From an uncultured Candidatus Bathyarchaeia archaeon (GTDB lineage: Archaea; Thermoproteota; Bathyarchaeia; TCS64), in assembly GCA_964537625.1 (NCBI GenBank), contig CAZIAF010000001.1, positions 1 to 57,976 of the forward strand: DNA of 57,976 bases, in the 5' to 3' direction. A program made the translations under genes and the position numbers. Below, one piece after another: positions 9,514-17,964 of this stretch. The notes under the pieces were generated by a model. It ran no database searches, was not told where the DNA came from, and worked only from the letters and a program-made list of their open reading frames with translations. Each line of letters starts with the position of its first letter. Position 1 is the first letter of the stretch.

Positions 9514-10982
9514 TTATGAACTACGTTTTTCAACCGATCGCATTTGTTCTCTTTATGGTCATAGTCGGCGTCACCCTTGGCATCAGTTTCTGGGCGGCGA
9601 AGCGTGTAAAGACGTCAAGCCACTATTACGTTGCTGGTGGCGGAGTTAAATGGCTGATGAACGGCATTGCCTTTGCAGGTGACTATCTGAGTGCAGCTAG
9701 TTTTCTTGGTATAGCTGGATTGATAGCGTTCTCTGGCTTCGACGGCTTCATGTACAGCATTGGTTTCCTAGCTGGCTGGGTTGTGGCTCTCCTACTCGTC
9801 GCGGAGCCATTGAGGAGGCTTGGAAAATATACGTTCGGCGATGCACTTGTGAGTACCTTCAAGAGCAAACGGATCCGCCTTGCCGCTGCGGTAAGTACAT
9901 TGATCGTAAGCATCTTCTATCTGATACCACAGATCGTCGGCGCAGGTAGTATTGTTCAACCACTTCTCGGGCTTCCATATGAGGTAGGTGTAGTCCTCGT
10001 AGGCGCCCTGGTCATCTTGATCGTAGCAACCGCAGGAATGGTCTCTACAACCTACGTCCAGTTCATCAAAGGATTTCTACTACTCCTTGCCGCCCTCGGT
10101 CTCACAATAGGAGTTCTAGCAGTGGCTGGGAAAGACCCATTGAGCTTCATCGGGGGCATACTGGAAAGTAAAAATATTGTTTTACCCAGCGGTAATATTA
10201 TTACAGGTGAGACTTATCTGTCGCCCGGGTTGAAGTATAAGAACCCGCTCGACTTCGCCAGCCTCGCGATGGGGCTAATTTTGGGAACTGCAGCTCTCCC
10301 CCACATTTTGATCCGATACTACACAGTACCAACACCCGGCGACGCAAGGAAATCCACAGTCGTCGCGATAGGCGCAATCGGTATGTTCTATGTTTTAACT
10401 CTCTTCCTCGGTCTTGGCGCCAACTACTTCAAGACTTATGACCCAACGAATCAGAACCTCTCGGCGCCCCTTCTAGCTAACTTCATCGGTGGAGAGATAT
10501 TCTTTGCTTTCATCAGCAGCATCGCCTTCGCAACGATCTTGGGTACAGTAGCAGGGTTAATTATGGCTGCAGCAGGGGCGATCGCCCACGATATCTACAC
10601 CGAGTACCTCGGCAAAGCGCAGAGCGACGCTGCGACACTCAATATGTCGAAGATGACGGCTGTCGGGGTAGGCATACTAGCAATCCTTCTTGGCATAGTT
10701 GCGAAGGGACAGAACGTCGCTTTTCTCGTTGGATTAGCCTTCGCGATAGCAGCGTCAGCGAACCTCCCTGCTCTTCTCTGCACGATCTACTGGAAAGGGG
10801 CTAAGGAAAAAGGCATCGTCGCCGGTATTTGGACTGGCCTCCTATCATCGATTTTACTTATCTTACTCAGCCCGACAGTGATGGGCGCGAGCGCCATATT
10901 CCCCATGGAGAACCCCGGACTTGTCAGCATACCTCTCGGGCTTGCTGCGACAGTGCTGCTATCACTGGTTAGCAAAAAATAA
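9510..10982 (+). CDS. actP: Sodium:solute symporter family, cation/acetate symporter ActP-like
   Basis: 490 aa, polytopic, with SSS-family sequence character. It is translationally coupled to a DUF485 gene. Confidence 0.8.
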   Translation: MIMNYVFQPIAFVLFMVIVGVTLGISFWAAKRVKTSSHYYVAGGGVKWLMNGIAFAGDYLSAASFLGIAGLIAFSGFDGFMYSIGFLAGWVVALLLVAEPLRRLGKYTFGDALVSTFKSKRIRLAAAVSTLIVSIFYLIPQIVGAGSIVQPLLGLPYEVGVVLVGALVILIVATAGMVSTTYVQFIKGFLLLLAALGLTIGVLAVAGKDPLSFIGGILESKNIVLPSGNIITGETYLSPGLKYKNPLDFASLAMGLILGTAALPHILIRYYTVPTPGDARKSTVVAIGAIGMFYVLTLFLGLGANYFKTYDPTNQNLSAPLLANFIGGEIFFAFISSIAFATILGTVAGLIMAAAGAIAHDIYTEYLGKAQSDAATLNMSKMTAVGVGILAILLGIVAKGQNVAFLVGLAFAIAASANLPALLCTIYWKGAKEKGIVAGIWTGLLSSILLILLSPTVMGASAIFPMENPGLVSIPLGLAATVLLSLVSKK

Positions 10983-11034
10983 TAGTTATATCCCGTTTTA
11001 ACTCAGTATAAACATTGAAGGCAACTATTCTCTA

Positions 11035-11928
11035 CTAGTATAATTTAGTGCTCTTCAGCGCCTCGGATACTGCATCCACTTGAGTCTTGGTTAATGGGAG
11101 TAAAGGTCTCCGGGGTACTCCCGCTTTGTAGCCCAAGTCGTTTAGGGTCGCCTTTATGGCAGCGACCTGAGGGAAACTAGCAATGAGGACGTTATTAATG
11201 TGGCTCACCGTGCGCTGCCGCTTCCCCGCAGTAGCAACGTCGCCATGTATGAAAGCCTCATAGAGCTCAACACATGTACCGGGAATGACGTTAGCTATTG
11301 CGAGGATGGCACCTTTCCCACCTAGGTTAAGAGTGGGAAGAAACATATCCGCAGCACCACTTAGACATGCGATCCTATCACCGCAGAGCCGTATGATCTC
11401 TGCCATGTTACCGGGATTCCCACTGCTGTCCTTAACGCCGGCTAGATTGCTGCAGTCGGCAGCGATCCTGGAGATGGTTTTAGGTGCTATGCTGTAGCCT
11501 GTAAACTTTGGTACGTTATATAGTATAGCCGGAATCTCAACAGCTGATAATACTGCGGCGTAGTGCTGATAAAGCTCCTCCTCAGTAGGACGGAAGAAAA
11601 AAGGCGTCGTGATCAGAATCGCTTCTGCACCAGCATCTTTAGCATCAAGTGTAGCCTCGATAGTCTCACGAGTCGCCATGGCACCGGTCCCTGCGATAAC
11701 CTGGACGCGGCCATCCAACTCATCGACAACAAATCCCAGCACCTCTATGAGCTCCTCCCTGCTAAGATAGGGGGACTCACCGGTGCTAGCATTGACAACT
11801 ATGCCGGAGACGCCTGCGTTAATCCAGAAGTCTATCAATTCTTTCAACGCTAAATACTGTATCTCACCCCTATCGTCGAAGGGGGTAACGTTAGGGACAT
11901 AGACGCCTTCAAAGTTGAGCCGAGCCAT
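11035..11928 (-). CDS. DapA/NAL-family class I aldolase or lyase (dihydrodipicolinate synthase family; substrate unknown)
   Basis: 297 aa. The VTPFDDRGEIQ...GVSGIVVNASTGES... TIM-barrel signature is typical of the DHDPS/KDG-aldolase family. Confidence 0.8.
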   Translation of the reverse strand: MARLNFEGVYVPNVTPFDDRGEIQYLALKELIDFWINAGVSGIVVNASTGESPYLSREELIEVLGFVVDELDGRVQVIAGTGAMATRETIEATLDAKDAGAEAILITTPFFFRPTEEELYQHYAAVLSAVEIPAILYNVPKFTGYSIAPKTISRIAADCSNLAGVKDSSGNPGNMAEIIRLCGDRIACLSGAADMFLPTLNLGGKGAILAIANVIPGTCVELYEAFIHGDVATAGKRQRTVSHINNVLIASFPQVAAIKATLNDLGYKAGVPRRPLLPLTKTQVDAVSEALKSTKLY

Positions 11929-12003
11929 GTATAGGAGTTCTCTTATAAGGTTAAAACTGGTTCGGAGGCGGACTTTTAAGGCGCCTTCTAGCCAATTTCC
12001 TTG

Positions 12004-13677
12004 ATGTCCAGGCTCTACCCCGAAGGAGTTCCTCGTAGCTTAGAGTACCCAGTGATGCCGCTATATTCCTTTCTTGAGAACACCTCTCGGAAGTTTCCTT
12101 CAAGAATCGGCGTCATATACCTGGGTAACCACGTGAGCTACAGTGAGCTCTGGGATAAGACGCTCCGTTTCGCAGGAGCATTACAGCGGCTAGGTATCGA
12201 TAAAGGAGATCGCGTTGGTCTTCTCCTACCAAATACACCGCAGTTTATTGTAGCTTTCAACGCAGTATTGGTATCGGGCGGGATCGTAGTACCCATCAAT
12301 CCCTTGAACCCAGTCGAGGAGATCGGTAGAGAACTAAAGGAGACCGAGTGCAAAATCCTCATCGTCCTGGACAGATTGCTGGATAAGCTACCAAATGATT
12401 ATTCGGGAAAAGTCGTCGTCGCTAATGCCACAGAGTACGCCCTCTTTCACATTAAACTGCTTAATAACTTCATATATCAGGCCAAAATAATAAAAGATGC
12501 ATTAAACTTTGAGACATTGAAGCGAGGGGAAGCTATTGAAGCTCCGATGCAAGTCGACGCCCGCGAAGACTTGGCCACAATTCTTTACACCTCCGGTACT
12601 ACAGGGAAGCCGAAAGGAGTAATGCTCACACACTTCAACCTCACCGCTAACGCACTCCAGAGTTACTTTTGGCTCCGTGGTTGGGGGTACAGCCCAAAGC
12701 CTCAACCGGAGGGTTGGCCGCTCATCCTATGTGCGGTCCCCTTCTTCCATAGCTACGGGCTAAACATCATGAACGAGGCTGTAAGCTTCGGCTGCACTCT
12801 AGTACTCATCCCGCAGCCTAAACCTGAGGCAATTCTTAATGCAATACATAGACATAGGGTCACCCATGCTCCGTTGATCCCTCGTTTTGTCGGAGAGATG
12901 ATCGATCATCCTCAACTTAGCAGTTATAATTTGACGAGTATCACGACGGTTTCCAGTGGCGGGGGGTACATTCGCCCCGAACACATGAAGAAGTTCGAAG
13001 TCGTCACCGGGGCAATGTTTTATCAAGGCTATGGTCTAACTGAGGCCGGACCAACGACCCACGCAACTCCTATAGTGGGCGCTCCGAACCACCTCAGCGC
13101 TGGTCTTGCCTATCCCGACACGGAAGTCAAGGTAGTTGATCTTCAACTTGGCGAGGTAGAGCTAAAGCCAGGACGCGAAGGAGAGCTAGTTGTCCGTGGT
13201 CCGCAGGTTATGAAGGGCTACTGGAAGGCACCGGAGGAGACGAGAAAGGTCCTCAAGGACGGTTGGCTCTATACAGGTGATATAGTGCGGGTCGATGAGG
13301 GGGGATGGCTCTACTTTATCGGCCGTAAAAGGGATAGGATCGTGGCTGGTGGCCACACCGTATGGCCAGCCGAGGTGGAGGAGACTCTCATTAGCCACCC
13401 TGATGTTGAGCAGGCAGTCGCGGTCGGCACTCCCGATCCACTGAGGTGTAACACTGACATCCAAGCATTCGTTGTGCTGAAGAAAGGTGTCGATCCCACA
13501 GATATCGAACTTCGGCTAATACAATACTGCCGCCTCCAGCTACAGATCTACCAGGTACCGACCAGGATCGATGTCGTATCTTCGCTACCCATGACCCAGA
13601 TGGGGAAGATTGACCGCCTCGCCGTCGAAGCCGAGATCGAGCGTCGCGTCCAACAATCATTAAAAAACTACACTTGA
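12004..13677 (+). CDS. AMP-forming acyl-CoA synthetase (fatty-acid/organic-acid CoA ligase)
   Basis: YTSGTTGKPKGVMLTH (AMP-binding P-loop), GYGLTE and YTGD motifs. ATG at 12004; the track's 12001 is a TTG one codon upstream. Confidence 0.9.
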   Translation: MSRLYPEGVPRSLEYPVMPLYSFLENTSRKFPSRIGVIYLGNHVSYSELWDKTLRFAGALQRLGIDKGDRVGLLLPNTPQFIVAFNAVLVSGGIVVPINPLNPVEEIGRELKETECKILIVLDRLLDKLPNDYSGKVVVANATEYALFHIKLLNNFIYQAKIIKDALNFETLKRGEAIEAPMQVDAREDLATILYTSGTTGKPKGVMLTHFNLTANALQSYFWLRGWGYSPKPQPEGWPLILCAVPFFHSYGLNIMNEAVSFGCTLVLIPQPKPEAILNAIHRHRVTHAPLIPRFVGEMIDHPQLSSYNLTSITTVSSGGGYIRPEHMKKFEVVTGAMFYQGYGLTEAGPTTHATPIVGAPNHLSAGLAYPDTEVKVVDLQLGEVELKPGREGELVVRGPQVMKGYWKAPEETRKVLKDGWLYTGDIVRVDEGGWLYFIGRKRDRIVAGGHTVWPAEVEETLISHPDVEQAVAVGTPDPLRCNTDIQAFVVLKKGVDPTDIELRLIQYCRLQLQIYQVPTRIDVVSSLPMTQMGKIDRLAVEAEIERRVQQSLKNYT

Positions 13678-13723
13678 GAGTATAAGTAGTAGGAATCATA
13701 AGTTTGGTAGTAGATTATCTCTT

Positions 13724-14188
13724 ATGCTCCCACCGAAAACGGTCCTCAAGGATAGGATAGCCAGAATTATAGCCGCTACAAGGTTTCCTTTCGTCGACCA
13801 GACAACATGGGATGAAGATAGGCAAACCCTGGTCAATACGCGAAAGGAAAAGCCTTATGGGGTGGAGACTTCGATGGCCATACTCTACCCGAGCATTGTT
13901 GTTCTAAACCCAGATGGCGCTATCAGGGAGATAGGAGAAGTTGAGATGGGGATTAGCAAAAGACTCCTCCAGAAGTGGAGGTTGCTCTCAGAGGCGACCG
14001 GCATGGGTGAGAGGTACAAGAAGCTCTTCCTCTATGTCCCAAAAGGTGAAGGCAGCAAGGCACAGAGACTACTCGAAAAATGTGGTATAGAGTACGCCGG
14101 TCTTCGGGAGTGGAACATCGAAGATGGGATCCTAGCGACCCGTCCGGTGAAGACACCGGATATGGAGTACGACCACAGGGTCAGTTAG
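13724..14188 (+). CDS. Hypothetical protein, possible PD-(D/E)xK-like fold (weak)
   Basis: 154-aa ORF with normal coding look. The NPDGAIREIGEVEMGISK string within an alternating beta/alpha pattern is the only hint of function. Its 3' end overlaps the convergent ATPase gene by 8 nt. Confidence 0.5.
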   Translation: MLPPKTVLKDRIARIIAATRFPFVDQTTWDEDRQTLVNTRKEKPYGVETSMAILYPSIVVLNPDGAIREIGEVEMGISKRLLQKWRLLSEATGMGERYKKLFLYVPKGEGSKAQRLLEKCGIEYAGLREWNIEDGILATRPVKTPDMEYDHRVS

Positions 14189-15893
14189 GCGGCAGTAATA
14201 GGCTAGCCAAATATTCTTCCGCTTGCTTAATGACCGTCTCGTCGTACATACTCCCTAACTCCCTCTTAATGTACTCACCCAACATCCAATGAATGATCCC
14301 CGTCTCTTTATCATCGAATACTAATCTTGTTTCCTCGAGCAAACGTATTTCGGTGTAGAAGTCATCGGTCATTCTGCTTCCTCCTCCTCGCAAGAAGCTG
14401 AAGAGTTCACCACGCTTCACTGCTTTTTTCTCATGTACCACCATAGCAGTATGCATAGAGCTCTGTTTGAGGTTCCTGATTCGGGTTCCCACTTCCCAGA
14501 TAAATCTCTCTTTAATTATTTCTTTAAATCTGCCGGAGATATCGATGCTAGTGAATAAGGTTGGCTTGTCATATTGTATAATCTGGTGCATCCGATGGTC
14601 AATAAGCCGATTAAGATCATCAACTGTAAAGTCAGAGTAAATCTGTGGAGGTTGTGTCCTCGTAATATGATGATCCACCGTTTCCATCTCTTTGATTAGC
14701 TGTTCCACCTTAGCGGTGCTATTCATGTTTTCCTTACGAAGATTTTCAACCTCTATTTTAAGTTCCGCGATCTCGTTTTCTTTAATCGTAAATTTATAGT
14801 TGAGTTCCTCAATTTTTTTCATATTTTGTTCAAAATCTTCGCTTGGGGAGAGACTTGCTGTCTCCTTTTGTTTCCTAGAACTTTGGCTATTTTCTCCACT
14901 AGAAGCTGACATGTACTTGAATGCTTCAGTAACAGTGATCTCCCCCAAAGCGACACCCCGACCGATCTCTGGGGGGACATTCGCTGGAAGAACGTAGACT
15001 TTCTTAATGTTGTCTCCTAGTATTGCTATAAAGTGACCGATTTGTAGGCTCCTGATCTCCTCTGCGTCTATCTTTGTTTTCCCGATCTGCTCTCGAACTC
15101 TCTCTACTTCATGGCCTTCTCTCTGTCGGCCAAGGATCCAGTTGTTACATTGACGGAGGGGCATCTTGTCTATACCCGCGATGTCTTGAGAGTCAATGAA
15201 GAGAAAGTTGCCAATTGCAGCGCCTTTCCTGATGAAAGTCTCTGCAAAGAGCTTGACCGGCGTATTCCTCCCCTGAGGGATATGTTCCCATGCTTCGGGG
15301 ACAATTAGTATTGTGTCATGCAAGTTGTTAATGACATATTCCATAGTACTCTGGATGACTAGGCTTTGGAGCTCGACGCTCATTTCCGTGAGGTCCATTA
15401 CGTTTATACTGTCGATGAGACTCAGGGTTTTTGCAAATCGGAACCTCTCTATCTGGGGTACTACGATCTTGAGGTACTCCTCAAGGGCAGTGTAGACATT
15501 CTCAGATAGTTGTTTTTTTGTCTCAGCTCGGAGGGATTGGACATTTTCCAGCACTTCACCAAGGGTTCTAGTTCCTTTAGTCGCTTTCATTATCCAAGGT
15601 CGTTCAAACTTCATTTTTTCTCTTAACACTGCTTCAAGCAGGCTGGAAACGTACTGCCAATCAGCGCGCTCGTTGAAAAAAGGAGGTATCTCTCTAAAAT
15701 TTTTAAACCCGGATTCACCGCGCTTCGTCTTAAAGGCAATAGCGCGTCTGTTCGCTCTGCTGATTATCGCCTCTAGGGTTGTGGTCTTCCCGGAAAGTTG
15801 CGTCATTCCTGTGATGACCGTGTGATGGAGATTCATGTAAACTTCGATACCGGTTCCTACCTCAAAGCCCAGGAGAATTTTGACATCGCCCAT
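14181..15893 (-). CDS. HerA/FtsK-superfamily (DUF87-like) P-loop ATPase with a coiled coil and a C-terminal wHTH-like domain
   Basis: Motifs HHTVITGMTQLSGKTTT (P-loop), TILIVPEAWEHIP (Walker B / DEAH position) and RKGAAIGNFLFIDSQ...LRQCNNWILGR. These are followed by a heptad-rich segment, KKIEELNYKFTIKENEIAELKIEVENLRKEN. The gene is clearly AT-richer than its neighbours. Confidence 0.7.
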   Translation of the reverse strand: MGDVKILLGFEVGTGIEVYMNLHHTVITGMTQLSGKTTTLEAIISRANRRAIAFKTKRGESGFKNFREIPPFFNERADWQYVSSLLEAVLREKMKFERPWIMKATKGTRTLGEVLENVQSLRAETKKQLSENVYTALEEYLKIVVPQIERFRFAKTLSLIDSINVMDLTEMSVELQSLVIQSTMEYVINNLHDTILIVPEAWEHIPQGRNTPVKLFAETFIRKGAAIGNFLFIDSQDIAGIDKMPLRQCNNWILGRQREGHEVERVREQIGKTKIDAEEIRSLQIGHFIAILGDNIKKVYVLPANVPPEIGRGVALGEITVTEAFKYMSASSGENSQSSRKQKETASLSPSEDFEQNMKKIEELNYKFTIKENEIAELKIEVENLRKENMNSTAKVEQLIKEMETVDHHITRTQPPQIYSDFTVDDLNRLIDHRMHQIIQYDKPTLFTSIDISGRFKEIIKERFIWEVGTRIRNLKQSSMHTAMVVHEKKAVKRGELFSFLRGGGSRMTDDFYTEIRLLEETRLVFDDKETGIIHWMLGEYIKRELGSMYDETVIKQAEEYLASLLLPPN

Positions 15894-16015
15894 AACTCCA
15901 ACCCTCGAAGAGATCAGTATAACCTATCACGTTACGGTTTAAATCAGTAAGGTGTTATTTTATAAGTGAAAATTTAAAAAAAATAGATGTGTAGCTGGAG
16001 GAGGCTTGTTATGTG

Positions 16016-16309
16016 TTACTCACGGAACCTTATCCTCGCCTTTATAGGGGTTTCCATAACTTTGAGTACAAAGTATCCTAACGGCTCTATTTTCGCTAGC
16101 CGAGTATCTCTTATAGAACCATAGCTTATTAGGTTAAGTTCCCTGAGAATTCTGGAGTTCAGTTTAAGTGTCGAAAGTGGGATACCGGTCTCATTTGATA
16201 GGTTTTTCAGTAGACTTGTCAGGGAATATCTATTTGATAAGATTCTTGTAAGAATTAGGAGTTGTTTGTCGTTAAGGGTCCTTAAAAGTAGTCTGCGGAG
16301 GTCTTCCAC
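16016..16309 (-). CDS. Small winged-helix/HTH-like protein (putative regulator)
   Basis: 97 aa. LTSLLKNLSNETGIPLSTLKLNSRILRELNLISY reads as helix-turn-helix plus wing. It is AT-rich like the ATPase gene downstream on the same strand. Confidence 0.5.
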   Translation of the reverse strand: MEDLRRLLLRTLNDKQLLILTRILSNRYSLTSLLKNLSNETGIPLSTLKLNSRILRELNLISYGSIRDTRLAKIEPLGYFVLKVMETPIKARIRFRE

Positions 16310-16545
16310 TCCGCTGTTTGATATTGGAGGTTGAACACACTCTGCACCTGCAGAGACTCAACTGCTTAGTTTAAAAACATGTTGTGTACGGGAATAGCTT
16401 TCTATTGAAATTATACGTGAAATTGGGGGCGAATGTAGCCTCATATAGTGAGATTATTAAGTGGGCTAAATGTTAATGCCCGCCGCGCGCTCTGGACTAG
16501 GTCGCTGGTTTTATACACCCTTATGACTAATACTCCCTGAGTAAT

Positions 16546-17964
16546 ATGATTAAAGAAAGCGCTTTCAACTTTATCGACGGAAAGAGGAAAGAACTCATAG
16601 GCATCAGCGATAAGGCATGGGAGTACGCTGAGGTTGGTCTCCTCGAGACGAAAACTAGCAAGCTCTTCGCTGACTGGATAGAAAAACAAGGCTTTAAACT
16701 AGAGAGGGGAGTCGCAGACATGCCTACTGCATTTGTTGCCACCTGGAATAACGGTCCGGGTCCTACCATCGGATTGATGGGCGAACTCGATGCCCTCCAG
16801 GGCCTCAGTCAGAAGGCGGTTCCCTATAAAGAGCCGATTAAGGAAGGTGCACCCGGTCACGGTTGTGGTCATAACATTCATGGTACAACAGCTCTCGCTG
16901 CTGCAGTCGCCATGAAGACTGCGATGGAGGAGAATAAGATAGGTGGTACTGTTAAGATGTTTGGTTGCCCAGCCGAGGAGACTCTAGTTGGCAAGGTTTG
17001 GCTCGTTCGCCATAATCTCTTCAATGGGGTTGATGCAGCGCTTAGTCACCACCCTGGAAACAGCAACACAGCGGGTACTGGCAGTAGTAATGCCATGAAC
17101 AGTTTCAAAGTCCACTTCTATGGCCGCACAGCCCATTCAGCAGGGGATCCCGAGAATGGTATTAGCGCTTTAGATGCAGTTGAGCTGATGAGCAATGGTG
17201 TCAACTTCATGCGTGAGCACATAATCGAAAAGGCACGAGTCCACTATGTAACCGAATACGGTGGAGGGCAACCAAACGTTGTCCCCGCCTATGCCAGAGT
17301 CTGGTACTATGTCCGCGCCCCGGAGAGAGAGCAGGTAGAACCCATCTACAACTGGGTCCTACAGATCGCGGACGGGGCAGACAAAATGGCGAGAACAACA
17401 CATAAGATCGAATTCCTCACAGGCTGCTACAACGATCTCTCAAACAAGATACTCGCTGACATAATCGTCGCCAACATGCGTGAGGTTGGAGCCCCCACAC
17501 ACGACGAAGCTGAGATAAAGTTCGCTAAGGAACTTAGTAAGAGCATCGACCCAACTCAGAAGAAGGAGGGACTCCGCAAATCGGAGCGCCCAGGTTGGGA
17601 TAAGCTGGTGGACGAGCTATTCGACGACCGCATCCTCGATGACTACCGAAATGGAAAGGTCGGAGCAGGTAGCACGGATGTAAGCGACGTCAGCTGGGTG
17701 ACACCGACAAACGAGTTCAGCACAACTACCTGTATACTTGGCACTCCCGGCCACAGCTGGCAATTCACAGCACAGGGAGGCATGAGCATCGGCCACAAGA
17801 GCCTGATCTTTGCCACCAAGACGATGGCGGGAACAGGACTAGACTTAATCACTAAGCCAAAACTTTTGAAGGAAGCGAAGATAGAGTTTAAGAAACAGCT
17901 TGCAGGGAGGAAGTATAAACCACCCATCCCCCTTGACCTTAAGCCACCGCTCAAACAATTTTAA
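16546..17964 (+). CDS. M20-family amidohydrolase, AbgB-like (aminobenzoyl-glutamate hydrolase subunit B family)
   Basis: 472 aa. ISDKAWEYAEVGLLE...MPTAFVATW...GLMGELDAL...GHGCGHN is typical of the AbgB/M20 clade. Confidence 0.8.
   Translation: MIKESAFNFIDGKRKELIGISDKAWEYAEVGLLETKTSKLFADWIEKQGFKLERGVADMPTAFVATWNNGPGPTIGLMGELDALQGLSQKAVPYKEPIKEGAPGHGCGHNIHGTTALAAAVAMKTAMEENKIGGTVKMFGCPAEETLVGKVWLVRHNLFNGVDAALSHHPGNSNTAGTGSSNAMNSFKVHFYGRTAHSAGDPENGISALDAVELMSNGVNFMREHIIEKARVHYVTEYGGGQPNVVPAYARVWYYVRAPEREQVEPIYNWVLQIADGADKMARTTHKIEFLTGCYNDLSNKILADIIVANMREVGAPTHDEAEIKFAKELSKSIDPTQKKEGLRKSERPGWDKLVDELFDDRILDDYRNGKVGAGSTDVSDVSWVTPTNEFSTTTCILGTPGHSWQFTAQGGMSIGHKSLIFATKTMAGTGLDLITKPKLLKEAKIEFKKQLAGRKYKPPIPLDLKPPLKQF

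Noticed and set aside
16418-16505. A G-rich start (GGGGGCGAATGTAGCC...) and a GC-rich patch (GCCCGCCGCGCGCTCTGGAC) in the spacer right of the AT-rich island. I considered a tRNA or a tRNA-3'-end att site.
   Set aside because: There is no matching acceptor-stem complement (CGCCCCC), and no D-loop or T-loop consensus (no GTTCRAATC-like box). It cannot be folded into a cloverleaf by eye. It is kept only as a place to look for att repeats.
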